A stretch of 63,981 nt of DNA, the filler included, from Octopus bimaculoides (Eukaryota): the NCBI RefSeq assembly GCF_001194135.2. It is 8 parts of 8 records of this genome, joined end to end, with 100 filler letters (N's around TTAATTAATTAA, not from the genome) between each part and the next. Parts side by side here need not be neighbours in the genome. Positions count along the whole stretch, not along the records: positions 47,267 to 51,043 come from NC_068985.1; positions 51,144 to 58,983 come from NC_068987.1; positions 59,084 to 63,981 come from NW_026437364.1; 5 more parts are not named here. One strand, given 5' to 3'. Below are positions 49,381 through 61,858 of the stretch, one piece after another; the stretch's first letter is position 1, and each line of letters opens with the position of its first letter. The notes beneath the pieces were generated by a model. The model saw only the letters and a program-made list of their open reading frames with translations. It searched no databases and was not told the DNA's origin. The position numbers and the translations under genes were made by a program.

Positions 49381-49762
49381 GCAGGCGTGACTGTGTGGTA
49401 AGAAGCTTGCTTCACAACCACATGGTAACGGGTTCAAACTCACTGAGTGGCAACTTGGGCGAGTGTCTTCTACTATAGCTGACCAAAGCCTTCTTAGTGG
49501 ATTTGGTAGACGGAAACTGAAACTGAAACTGAAATAAACGCATATACATGTATGTATGTGTGTGTGTGTTTGTCCCTCCACCATCGCTTGACAGCCGATG
49601 TTTGTGTGTTTCCGTTCACGTAACTTAGGGGTTCGGCATAAGTGACCGAAAGAATAAGTACTAGGCTTACAAAAAATATGTCCTGGGGTCGATTATTTTG
49701 AACTATATGCGGTGTTCCAGCGTGGCCACAGTGACATGGCTGAAAAGTGTAAAAGAATAAAA
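49381..49762 (+). mobile_element. Full-length SINE-A (head, core, internal microsatellite, tail)
   Basis: All modules in order, ending gcggtgttccagcgtggccacagt...aaaagaataaaagg. Confidence 0.9.
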
Positions 49763-50384
49763 GGATACAAAGAAACATATTTCTCTCTGTATGTGTGCGT
49801 ATACATATATGTATATATGTATATAATCATATATATATGCATGCGTGTCTATATATATATATATATATATACGTACATGTATGTACACACACAAATACAT
49901 ACATATGTGTTTATGTATATATATATATGTTTTTGATAAATACCTAAAACTTACATATGTTGGTCATTTAGACATATATAACCCAAGATATATGTATCGT
50001 TCTTAGATAAATAAATAGATGTGATTCAATATAATAAAATAGGTGGACAACTTGACAAGTATTGCTTGATCAATATAACTCAGAAATTCAATATTTACGG
50101 TATCAGGGCCACATAACAGTGGGAAATATCTGGTCAACCTACAATGAATTGAACATGGTGGTTCTTCTCCCTGGCCAAGGACATCTCGAAATTATCCATC
50201 ATATTTCCCGACTGGTAAGTCCTCCGCTCTCGTCGGCGCCCAAAGTCTCCCCGAGAACGTCGTCGCACTGTCCCACCACAAATCCCGTATAAATTTTAAA
50301 GCGGAACATCCACCATCCAATTGTCCGACTGGTAGAGGGTTGTGAGCGCCTAAGGACATTCTATGCCTTACAAAACACTGGCAC

Positions 50385-50756
50385 TCATGGCATCTGATCT
50401 TAACTAATTGAAAGTGTTATCATGTCCTTTTTTTGTCTTAAAAAATGGGCTACAGCATGTCTCTTGGTGGCTGATGATATATGCATCTCTGATTATGAGC
50501 AGGAGTAGTGGAGGAGCATCATAGCTATGTGTTGAGAGGAATTTTGGGGGGTTTTAATATTTCACATTTGGAAACATAGGTGTTTCATCATCCTTAAAAA
50601 AAACCTTAATGAGAGAAGCTTTGAGTAGGATGGGCTACTCAAAATATAGGCGGGGTTGGAGGATGTAGCCCTTCTGATACAGGATGACCTCTAGGGATAA
50701 TCGGGGAACCCCACAGCCAGAGATTTCCCTGAACACCAAGAGCGAATGACCTCTCC

Positions 50757-50812
<56 letters not shown>

Positions 50813-51043
50813 TAATAATAATAATGCCCGGATGCAGTACCAGGCAGTGGCTCTCATCGCTTCTGATCTTTATTGATTGGAAGTGTTATCATGTACATTG
50901 TTTTGTCTTGGTATAAAAGATGGGCTACAGCAAATATTCTGCATAATACCACAGATTTGCTTGCCAGTTATTTGACCTTAACCAGTTGAGCATGTCCTTG
51001 GTGGCTGACGATATGTGCATCTCTGATCATGAGCAGAAGTAGT
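50385..51043. mobile_element. Two further copies of repeat X (50385-50640 and 50826-51043) separated by ~120 bp of unique sequence and (AAT)n
   Basis: Align with 14261-14765. The second copy starts gcccggatgcagtacc immediately after (AAT)n. Confidence 0.85.
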
Positions 51044-51836
51044 NNNNNNNNNNNNNNNNNNNNNNNNNNNNNNNNNNNNNNNNNNNNTTAATTAATTAAN
51101 NNNNNNNNNNNNNNNNNNNNNNNNNNNNNNNNNNNNNNNNNNNTATATACACATATGCATATACATATATATACACACACACACACACACATATATATAG
51201 GCGCAGGAGTGGCTGTGTGGTAAGTAGCTTGATTGCCTCGGTGCACGTATCGTTAATTGGTCTGTTGTTTCCAGAAAGAAAGGACGCAAGCTTTTGTCTC
51301 CGTTAATTGAAAGAAAAAAGAGCAAAAAGGAAGCCGTCGAGGTAGGTCGTATTTTTGTCCTTCGAGCCCGGTGGGAATTTATTGTGTGTTTTGTTATTTC
51401 AGTAAATTTCTTCCTCGCTCTGGGGCAATTTCGTCTGCTTTTGGCGACTTTAAATTGTTGATGTTTTAGCGATCAAATATATTGTGTTTCTCGTTCGTCT
51501 TTATTGGTGGACGTGTTCTCGTCGCCATAACGGTGGACTGAGAATTTTTTGTGAAATGTTATTTTGTGTCTCACTTAATTGTGAGAATTGTTATTTTGGT
51601 GAAATATGTGGAAGCTGTGTTCCGGTCACTGTGTTCCAGTTGCTATTTGGAGTACCAGTTGGTATGGAGTACCTAGAGGTCGAAGATTTGTTTCTACTGG
51701 GTTTTTGAAATATTTCTCTTTTCAACTTTTTTCTTGAACTGTTTTCTGTCTTTCCTCCCTTTTTGTGACTTTCCTCTGATTTTTTTGCAGAACTGTTTCT
51801 GTGATTTTCTGTTGAACGTTGTTTCTTTCCAAGGAC

Positions 51837-52190
51837 ATGGCAAAGAAAAAAGATAATGTGTTGGAGTGGGAGATTGTCCTACCCAGAGAGAGGGTGAACG
51901 ATTTGGAAAAAAGGACGGTGTTGCTGAGTACATACTCAAGTCGCTCGACACCATCACCCTCTTCAATATAATCAACATTGAGAGAGAGTTGGTGAAGTAC
52001 ATGCCAACTATAAAGTTTATTTCCAGGGGTGTCAAATATGCGACGGTGTGGTTGCTATTTGACACCCTGAAGAAGCTCGTAATTTTGCGGCTCAACCCTT
52101 AGGGGGCGAGGAAATATTGTTTCTTCCCACATATTGTGGGAAGAAGTTGACAAGGGCTTGAGTCTGCGGCTTGCCACACGGAAACGGTAT
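51837..52190 (+). pseudogene. Tx1/L1 ORF1 N-terminal relic (frameshifted, apparently internally deleted)
   Basis: MAKKKDNVLEWEIVLPRERVNDLEKRTVLL / TLFNIINIERELVKYMPTIKFISRGVKYATVWLLFDT / EEARNFAAQPLGGEEILFLPTYCGKKLTRA*VCGLP. Assigned by position upstream of the APE ORF. Confidence 0.55.
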
Positions 52191-52349
52191 ACATACAACT
52201 AAGAGAAAAGCATCCAAAGGTCATTTGTAAGATTCTGGATTTACCAAACTATCTAAAGAAGAAGGAGGAGAGAGGAGGGGCTGACAAGCGTGTGGTGAGA
52301 TCAGACCCAACGACACCCGTAAAGAGTCAGTATAACTTTTGAATTTTTC

Positions 52350-55300
52350 ATGACTGCACCTAACCTTGAATGTACATGGTCTGAGTTCGAAGTGGAAGCA
52401 AGCTTGTTTTCTCCACGACTTCAGATCACACGATATACATGTGATGGTTGCTACAGAGACCAAGCTGGACAGGCTACAAACCTTCTCACCGCTCCTGAAT
52501 GGCTATGAGAAAATCATGTCTCCTGGCTAGACCGGCGAACGATGGGGTATAGTGGTACTGATCTGCAAAGTCTTGGATCTGCAGACAAGTACGGTTTTTT
52601 GTAGACCCTGAAGATGGGCTGGTCGTCCTTGATGTGACATACAGCGATAAGGCCTTTAGGTTGATCGGAATCTATGCACCCTGTGCTAGAGGATTCCAGA
52701 CTGATTTTTATCAGCACCTGGAGACAGTAGTGGTGTTAGGAGATTTTAACGGTATCGTTGACGCGCACATCGATAGCGGTGGCTTGACCGATAGGAAAAT
52801 GAACTCACGTCTCGTGGATCTGCTTAAGCGCTTTCAGCTAACAGATCGGTATAGGCTTGATCATCCGAACATCTCAGAGTGGCCCTGGATTAATGGCGAC
52901 GGAAGGCTCAAGTCTTACTTAGAAAGGATAATCATAAGAGCTACAGATAAGCATAGCATTAGTTGTCCACAGCTTGATCAAGTGTCCTACACTGACCAGA
53001 AAAACGGTTAAATGTAAGCTGAAAATAGATAGGACAGTTAATAGAGGATCCGGTTACTGGAAGCTGAACACGTCTGTTTTGACTTGCGAGGCATACCGCA
53101 GCCGGATTAAGGAGCTACTACAGAGGGCGTTGACCGGCGCTGTGGTTAATCAACTGTGATGGGTCGCCCTCAAGAGAGCCATTCGTTTCGAGTCTATTAG
53201 GTATAGCCACCAGCTAAGAGTAGTTAAGGCCAGAGTAGAAGCGCAGCTAGATAAGGTCTTAGAGGAGGCGTTGAGGTTGGGGTCTGCATCCCACATTCTA
53301 GCAGCGAGAACTGCCCTGGACCATCACCTCAAAGCCAAACATGAGGGGTGCAGAGTTCGGGCTACAGTGCGTGCATTGGGCCGTGAGGAAATTAATGTTG
53401 CCGGATGGGTCCACACGGTAGAAACCCAGCGTGGCAACGATGCCACAATAAGGTCTCTTGTTGATGACAATGGGAGTTCGGTCGAGGGACAGGACGAGAT
53501 GTATGAGGAGGTTTACAAGCACTTCGATGAGTTGTTCGAGAGGGGCGGGACGCTTGATCCTTGTGAGGCCCTCAGGGACCTCCTGTCTGGTGGCCCGTGT
53601 CTGTCGGCACGAGAGGCTGAGCGCTGTGAAGGGCCAATCACAGCCGAGGAGGTGATTGAGCTACTAGGTGAATGACCCGGGGAGAAGTCACCGGGTGTCG
53701 ATGGTCTACTCTATGAATTTTATTAAAGTATGCCAGACTTGTTCGGGTACCTGCTGAACAACGTCTATGCAAATTGGCAGAAGAATGGGAGAATTCCTAA
53801 GTCTGCGAGCTGAGGAGTGGTGACGTTGATCAGGAAGCACCCGAGCAAGGGGGACGAAATAGGAAATTTCAGGCCCATAACTCTGTTGAACACAGAGTTA
53901 AAGGTTTTGGCCAAGGTGCTAGCGAAAAGGTTGGCACGGTTCGCGGACGGACTTGTGGGGGAAGCGCAAACGTTCGCCATGCCGGGCAGGTCGATCCACG
54001 TCAATCTCTATGTTATACGCTACTCCATAGTGAGGGTGAGGACACGTTCTGGCGCAGTGGGAGGGCACTGGTACATCTAGACCAGTCTAAAGCATTTGAT
54101 AGTGTCGACTATCGGTACTTGGCGGCGGTCCTCGAGAAGGCTGGCTTGGACCCGAGCTTCCGCGGTTGGATTACTGTGTTGCACAGCGACATCGACTCTG
54201 TCGTGAAAGTGAATGGTTTCTTTTCAAAACCATTCAAGATCGAACGATCAGTGAGTCAGGGGTGTGCCCTATCTCCCCTTTTGTATGTAGTGGCTCTTGA
54301 GGCATTGCTTTGTAAGGTGGAGGCGCTAGAGAGCACGCCGCATGATCTATGGTATGGAAGAGGATCTACGCCGTACGCGGATGACGCATCCATCATTGTG
54401 GCGGATGAGGGCCAGCTTCCAGTGGTTGAAAACGCCATCAGAAGTTACGAGGTGATAGCAGGAGCAAAGGTTAACAAGGTCAAGTCGGTTGGTTTGCAGC
54501 TTCGCACTTGGAGGGCCAAGCCGATATCGTTTGATAACGTCTTGGGGCTTGGACAGAAGGTCCTGGTAAGCTGCTGAAGTCTGGATTGGTGCAGACCTCC
54601 AGATAGAGAAAAATTGGAGTGAGGTGGCCAGAAAGGTGACTGCTCTAACCCAGACCTTGTCTGGGCGGGCATTATCCTTGCTAGGAGGGCAGAGTTGGTG
54701 CAGATGTTTATAGCATCAGTAATCACCTATCGTCTGACCGTGGTGCCTTGTCCCGATTTGTGGCTGAACAAGTTGCAGAGAATCCTTTTCCGCGTTTTGT
54801 GGAAGGAAGAAAAGTCACTTTTGCAGCGCTCTCTCTGCCGCCAGAAATCGCAAAAGGGTGGGTTAGGGATGCCTTGACTGAAGATGCAAACATTCGCGTT
54901 AAGGTTGAGGCACCTCTTGTTTTGCATGAATGAAGAGCAGGAATGGTCCCCGCACGCCCGGTTCTATCTTCCGCAGTTAACGTCCTTAAGGGACGTTGGT
55001 ACATGGATGAAGAAGAGACCTAGGCTGAGAGAATGGCAATTTGAGTGCAGTCAGGCACTTCAGCTACTCTCTTGGACGGGTAATGCTGGTAACAGAAGTT
55101 CCACCGCGGATTTTTAAAGCGGGTTAGTAGAGATCATGTCCGAAGAGGCCTTGGGAGAGACACTCGTCTACGATGAAAAATCAGTTAATCAACCTGCTCA
55201 AGAGAACGTTCGGACCGGGGTATCTGGTTAATTACCAGAAATCCCTCGCTTGGCAGTGCTTCCGTGCGGCATTATCGGTTCGTGACAAGCCATAAGGCAC

Positions 55301-55703
55301 AGAAGTGCCGTCTCGCCGATGTGGGCAAGATAGGGAAACCGTCTTGCACGCATTCGTGGAGTGTCCGGAATTATCGGGACTGATAGTTTTCGTCGAACAA
55401 CTGATGTCAGTTACGGGAAGAGTACAGCTATCGGCTGAGTCTATCATCAAGATTGTGCCACCTCTTTCCCTTACCAGAGAGAGGAAGGCTTGTTTTTTAT
55501 ACGAAGTAGCCATACTGAAAGAAACAGTATGGAAGACGCGTGTGAAAGGCATAGTGACAGGTACTTTTGTTTCTGGTCAGGAGTTGGTCAACTTCTTTAG
55601 TTACCTCCTCAGTAGTAATATCAGGCTGGAGAAGAGGTGTCTGCCACGGGATATATTTGTAAAAAGACGAAAACCTGTGGTAAGTAAGTTGGGTGAAAAG
55701 TAA
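52350..55703 (+). pseudogene. Tx1/L1 ORF2 relic: APE endonuclease, reverse transcriptase, C-terminal CCHC finger; many stops and frameshifts
   Basis: APE: LTLNVHGL...VATETKL...IGIYAP...VVLGDFN...GYWKLN. RT: KSPGVDGL...NFRPITLLNTELKVLAKVLAKRL...LDQSKAFDSV...VSQGCALSPLLY...YADD. Finger: RRCGQDRETVLHAFVECP. Confidence 0.95.
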
Positions 55704-56089
55704 AGGTTCTACCCAGGTGGTCGGATGGCTTTCCTTTAGGGAAATCATTGCAAATTGCAGTGAATGTAAAATTAAAAAATAAAATAAAATTGTATATATT
55801 GTATCATTATTCGCTTATCATCCTAGACTTTAATTTTAATCGATTAAGCAGCTACTTCACCATTTATATTTGTTTGTCTTTGTTCATTCCCTCTTTGTAA
55901 TGCCGTCATGGCAAACTTTATGAAATAAGGTAGCTTGGTTACCAACCACAGGGTTCCAGGTTCAGTCCTACTGCGTGGAACCTGGGGCAAGTGTCTTCTA
56001 CTATAGCCTCGGGCCGATCAAAGCCTTGTGAGTGAATTTGTTAGACGGATACAGAAAGAAGCCCGTCCTGTATATGTATACATATATAT

Positions 56090-56838
56090 AAGGGCATTAC
56101 TACAGAATAATGCCATGCAACAGACTTCGCAAATAAACACATTTTAGTACCGAATGCGAGTTATTTGGGAAGTCTCTTGTGTGGCATTATTCTGTAGTAA
56201 TGCCCTTATATAACTATAAACGAATAATTATTTTCTTGGGAATAGAAATTCCCCTTATGAATACTTTACCCACTAGCTTCTTGATAATAGTCTTGTAAAA
56301 TATTTTTTTAATCCTATTTTGAATTTATTAATCAAATATATATCCGGAATATATTCAATGCTGAATTTTATTCCGCTTTGGACACGTGTACCGAGAGCAA
56401 CTGCGAAAGATTCCCACTTTTTTTGAAGAGATGTATATAGATAAACATCATTCCCTTTCCTTTGTCGGATACATAAGGTGTTCGTTTTGGTAAGGTGAGG
56501 ATTTTGCTTATTTATATATATTTGGTATTTTACTATGCTGACGAGCGGAAACTGGATTTCATTCTGGTAATCGTGAAATCGGTCGATACATAGTTGAGTT
56601 AAAAAAAAAAAAAAATTGGTTTCTTTTGATGGTTGCTTTTCATCACATTCGGTACTAAAATGTGTTTATTTGGTAAGTCTGTTGTGTGGCATTATTCTGT
56701 AGTAATGCTCTTATATAATTATAAGTGAATAATTATATTCTTGGGAATAGAAATTTCCCTTATGAATTCTTTACACACTAGCTTCTTGATAAAATTCTTG
56801 TAAAAGATTTTTATCCTATTTTGAATTTATTAATCAAA
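56090..56838 (+). mobile_element. Non-autonomous Penelope-like or retrozyme-like insertion (5' inversion, partial tandem, hammerhead-like motif)
   Basis: 56090-56156 is the reverse complement of 56646-56712. 56161-56336 directly repeats 56666-56838 (offset 505). Motif CTGACGA gcg...cgt GAAA tcg GTC at 56538-56584. Apparent TSD tgtatacatatatat at 56075-56089 and 56839-56853 (low complexity). Confidence 0.65.
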
Positions 56839-57710
56839 TGTATACATATATATGTATGTGTGTGTATATGTTTGTGTGTCTGTGTTTGTCTCCCAGCATT
56901 GCTTGACGATTGATGGTGGTGTGTTTACACCCCCGTAACTAGCGGTTCGGCAAAAGAGACCGACATAAGTACTAGGCTTAGAAAGAATAAGTCCTGGCGT
57001 CGATTTGCTCGACTAAAGGCGGTGCTATAGCATGGCCGCAGTCAAATGACTGAAACAAATTAAAGAGTAAAGAATATACATATATCTAATATGATATGTG
57101 ACAATTATTCGGTTGCCATAATAAAACTCAGAGTTTCAGATGTCGGGGCGGAAATCTGCTCCAGCATCTCGTCAGTTATTAAGACAAACAAAAATGCTAT
57201 GAAAATGATCGTTAAACAAATGGAAATTACTGTGAAGATAACCGTTATTAAGGCAAACAAAAGAGCTATTAGAATGACCGTTAAATAAAATGAAAAAAGC
57301 CGAAGGGGAGAAAGTAAAAAATGCTCACAGAATTCATGTATGCGCGCATGTACATACATACACATACGCGCACGCACATCCACGTGAAACACATACATGC
57401 ACACCCACACACATACCTATATTTATACATATATATGCAACCATACACATGTGCACATACGCATGCCAGCGCACACGCACACGCACGCACACATATATAT
57501 ACCCATAGGCGTACAAATAAGTACATTTTCACGTCCATATACGCACATGCACAAAAAATGCAGGGTGAAAGATAATATACAGGAAAATATGTAAAAATAT
57601 ATAAAGCAATAAAGATATATAAAAAAATATATTATAAATGTGTAAAAAAATATATAACAATAAAAGAGAGATAAAATGCTTGTGCGTGGACACAGTATAA
57701 AAAGCAGGTC

Positions 57711-58192
57711 CTATCTATGATCTTGTGGGTGGGGACCAAAAACGTAACAAATATTTAGCCATATTTGGACATGATCCAAAAAGTTCAGTTCTTGAAATTA
57801 GACATGTAGCGGGTCTAATCTGCTTTCCCAGATGAGCCATCATTCCAGATCACAAACACCGCATTTTCAATTACAACATCCATTGGAAGATCTTAGCCAA
57901 GTGTAAACTTTACACCAATGGCAGTGGAAAGTGCGGTCTTAATGATATGGAAAGATGGTTCATCTGGAAAAGCAGCTTAGACCCGGCTACCTGTCTAAAT
58001 TCAAGAACTGAACATTTTCGATCATGCCCACATATGGCTAAATATTTGTTACAATTTTGGTCCCCCACCCCAAGATCACAGATAGAGTTTTATTATGGCA
58101 ACCGAATAATGCTCACATATTATATTACAGATGAATTCCTCTATTCACATAATACCGAGGCCTCATTCATTATTTTGTTGTCATACTATTAA
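57711..58192 (+). mobile_element. Penelope-like element relic: GIY-YIG C-terminal coding segment with a 137-bp 5' inverted duplication
   Basis: In-frame FNYNIHWKILAKCKLYTNGSGKCGLNDMERWFIWKSSLDPATCLNSRTEHFRSCPHMAKYLL resembles the PLE C-terminus (I.WKIL...Y....C.LC..EK..I...LLN.R.E....CRH..K.LL). 57711-57847 is the reverse complement of 57948-58085. Confidence 0.75.
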
Positions 58193-58194
58193 TA

Positions 58195-58233
<39 letters not shown>

Positions 58234-58234
58234 G

Positions 58235-58455
58235 GGCACTCGCTCAGTTACAAAGGCGAGGATTCCAGTTGAAATTACCGGGAAATTAACGGGAAATTAA
58301 CGGGAAATTAACGGGAAATTAACGTACATGTGGATGAGCATTCCACAGACATATATACCCTTCACGTAGTTCTCAAAGAGATTTAACGTGACAAAGAATG
58401 TGACAAGGCTACCCATTTGAAATATAGGTACTACACATTTTTGGCAGCTGAGTGG
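58235..58455 (-). mobile_element. Probable further SINE family (body), containing an 11-bp tandem expansion
   Basis: gattccagtt-(gaaattaacgg)x~5-tacatgtggatgagcattccacagaca...tttttggcagctgagtgg. The SINE assignment is from my recollection of a common cephalopod repeat and is unverified. Confidence 0.45.
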
Positions 58456-59084
58456 CATACGTATATACATACTCGCACATCTATATAAGATAAGTATATG
58501 TATTTCTTCGATATATCTACTTGAGTTATATGAAGAATCACAAGTAAGTATAGACACATATGTATGTACATATCTATATTTATGAGGTTGATATATTTTC
58601 ATGAAAAAGTAGTATTCAGTCCCTATATTAGCCTATTATGATTTATTAAAATTTACATTGTCTTTCGAGATTTGCTAACATTCCTCGATAACACAAGTTA
58701 AATGGAAGGTTCGTGGATATAATAATGACCACTGATATATTTATTTGCTATCATTAGAGTCTACTTATATATTAGTTAGAATTATGAAATTATAGAGACA
58801 TTTGTTTAGTTATTCGTTTCATATTCTATATTGTGGTGTTCAGATGTCGAAAACTGCTTAACTAAAAGTTGTTAAATACTATACATAGTTAGATAGATAC
58901 ATAGATAGAGAGACAGCTGAACAGATAGATTGATAGGTAGCCAGATATAGACAGATAAGCATAGAAATATATATATATATATANNNNNNNNNNNNNNNNN
59001 NNNNNNNNNNNNNNNNNNNNNNNNNNNTTAATTAATTAANNNNNNNNNNNNNNNNNNNNNNNNNNNNNNNNNNNNNNNNNNNNT

Positions 59085-59480
59085 CATGTTGAAAATGACG
59101 ATGTTGATGATGATAATTAGGATAGTGATGATGACGATGATGGTGATGACGATGGAGACGATAATGATGATGATGATGATGAGGAGGAGGAGGAGGAAGA
59201 GGAGCAGGTGGAGGTTGATGACGATGATGATGGTGGTGATGGTGAGGAGGAAGAGGATGGAGCTGATGGTGATGACGAGGAGCAGGAGAAAGAGTGAGCG
59301 AGGAGGAAGATGATGATGGTGGTGATGGTGAGGACGAGGATAATGACGATGATGATGATGATGAAAAAGAAGAAGAAAAAAGAACGAGCTGATGACGTAC
59401 AAGAAGAAGAGGAAGAACAAGAAAAAGACAGACAGCCAGACAGCCAGACAGAAGTACTCTACGACAACACCACCAACAAC
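59085..59480. repeat. Degenerate (GAT/GAG/GAA)n low-complexity tract
   Basis: Directly visible. Confidence 0.85.
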
Positions 59481-59501
59481 ANNNNNNNNNNTTTGTATAT
59501 G

Positions 59502-59566
<65 letters not shown>

Positions 59567-59778
59567 ATATATATGTATATATATACACACACTTATATAC
59601 ATATATACATGCATACAAAAAGCGTAAATACAGCCACACAAGCATATACATGTGCATATATATTTGTGTGTCTATATATATATGTGTGTATGCGTGTGTG
59701 TGTGTTTATACATACATGCATATATATATATAATCTTACGTACATATACTTGTGTATTTATGTATGTGTATATGAATG

Positions 59779-59810
<32 letters not shown>

Positions 59811-61029
59811 AATGTGTGTGTATGNNNNNNNNNNATGTATGAATGTGTGTGTATGTGTGCGTATGTATGGATGGATGGATGGATGGATGTGTGAGTATGT
59901 ATGAATGTGTGTATGTATGGGTGTGTGTATGTATGTATTTAGACGCACACACTCAAACACACATGCAAGCAGTGCCATCTAGCCGTAATAGAGGTTGTGG
60001 CGGTCAAAGGTCGAAGGTCGAAACGAATCGATTTCAATTAAGGTCACATCAAACGAAAAGAAACAAGACAACAGACCGCCAAAAACAACAACAACAACAT
60101 CAACAACATAAACGACACCAACAACAACATCGTCAAATACAACAGAAATAAACAACATCAACAGCCAATACCGTTTCACAAGTGAAAAATGACAAAAACG
60201 TAAAAATACGTAAAAAGAAACATAAAAAAAAACTACGTTAAACGAAACTCACATCACACAAGATCTTATTGAACGTTAACAGAAAAACAAAAAACGAGGA
60301 GAGAAAGAGAGAGAGAGGGAGAGAGAGAGAGAGGGAGAGAGAGAGAGAAGGAGAGAGAGAGAACACNNNNNNNNNNNNNNNNNNNNNNNNNNNNNNNNNN
60401 NNNNNNNNNNNNNNNNNNNNNNNNNNNNNNNNNNNNNNNNNNNNNNNNNNNNNNNNNNNNNNNNNNNNNNNNNNNNNNNNNNNNNNNNNNNNNNNNNNNN
60501 NNNNNNNNNNNNNNNNNNNNNNNNNNNNNNNNNNNNNNNNNNNNNNNNNNNNNNNNNNNNNNNNNNNNNNNNNNNNNNNNNNNNNNNNNNNNNNNNNNNN
60601 NNNNNNNNNNNNNNNNNNNNNNNNNNNNNNNNNNNNNNNNNNNNNNNNNNNNNNNNNNNNNNNNNNNNNNNNNNNNNNNNNNNNNNNNNNNNNNNNNNNN
60701 NNNNNNNNNNNNNNNNNNNNNNNNNNNNNNNNNNNNNNNNNNNNNNNNNNNNNNNNNNNNNNNNNNNNNNNNNNNNNNNNNNNNNNNNNNNNNNNNNNNN
60801 NNNNNNNNNNNNNNNNNNNNNNNNNNNNNNNNNNNNNNNNNNNNNNNNNNNNNNNNNNNNNNNNNNNNNNNNNNNNNNNNNNNNNNNNNNNNNNNNNNNN
60901 NNNNNNNNNNNNNNNNNNNNNNNNNNNNNNNNNNNNNNNNNNNNNNNNNNNNNNNNNNNNNNNNNNNNNNNNNNNNNNNNNNNNNNNNNNNNNNNNNNNN
61001 NNNNNNNNNNNNNNNNNNNNNNNNNNNNN

Positions 61030-61372
61030 TGTTTTTGTGTCTGCTTGTTGTCCTCTTTTTTTTCTCTTTTTGCTGTTATTTTTGTTGTTGTTGTTTTCGT
61101 TGATTTTTATTTGTTCGTCTTCCTCTTCTTGTTGTATTTCTGCGTCTTCATTGTTTTATTTTCGTTGATGCTGTTGATGACGAAGTGGTTAGCGTTGTGG
61201 TCACCGACATCCTTGCTGTTGTTGTTGTTGGTTGTATTGGCGGTGGTGGTAGTGGTGGTGGTGGTGGTGGTGGTGTTTATAGTGTTATTGTTGTTGTGGC
61301 TGTTGTTCTTGTTGCTAATTATGCTGACGAAGCACTAGTCTTTATTGTTGTTGTAGGTTTTGATTTCGTAGC

Positions 61373-61409
<37 letters not shown>

Positions 61410-61450
61410 AGTAGTAGTAATTGTGGTGATGGTGGTGGCAGTAGTAGAGG
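61030..61450. repeat. Degenerate (GTT/GGT/GTA)n low-complexity tract
   Basis: Directly visible. Confidence 0.85.
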
Positions 61451-61586
61451 TTCGCACTTCCTATTTAAGCAATCCTGTCTATGACTTACTCCGTTCCAGC
61501 CGTGATCATCCAGTCTTATTCAACGATCGGCTATTGTGTCTCGAGTAATACACTTAACATTGTTCATTTGACCGTCTAAAATAAAA

Positions 61587-61625
<39 letters not shown>

Positions 61626-61815
61626 TACGTACACACAAACACACACACACAATGCACCCTCTCACACATGATACACACGCACAATATAGATACATAAGAC
61701 AGTATTATGTGACTTGAAGGAGACTTGACTGTTATTTCAAATAGATACAGCGGGCTGAACCTGCGAGAAATAACAGCCAAGTATCTCTAAAATTACACCC
61801 TATAGACTTATGTAA

Positions 61816-61858
<43 letters not shown>

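Larger units (their letters stand above)
51232..55929 (+). mobile_element. Tx1/L1-clade non-LTR retrotransposon retaining both ends, with 8-bp TSD; decayed
   Basis: TSD gtagcttg at 51224-51231 and 55930-55937. It has a pyrimidine-rich 5' UTR, ORF1 and ORF2 relics, and a 3' end tgaaataag. Confidence 0.9.
51199..57075 (+). mobile_element. One SINE-A copy split into three pieces (51199-51231, 55930-56089, 56839-57075) by two nested insertions
   Basis: The pieces join to give a colinear SINE-A: aggcgcaggagtggctgtgtggtaagtagcttg | gttaccaaccacagggttccaggttcagtcc...aagcccgtcc-TA tract | TG tract-gtttgtctccc...ggcggtgctatagcatggccgcagtcaaatgactgaaac. Confidence 0.9.

Noticed and set aside
56085-56717. 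Tc1/mariner-type TA-flanked MITE interpretation of the inverted repeats
   Set aside because: It does not explain the 175-bp direct repeat extending beyond the right arm, the 15-bp flanking duplication or the hammerhead motif. Retained only as an alternative.
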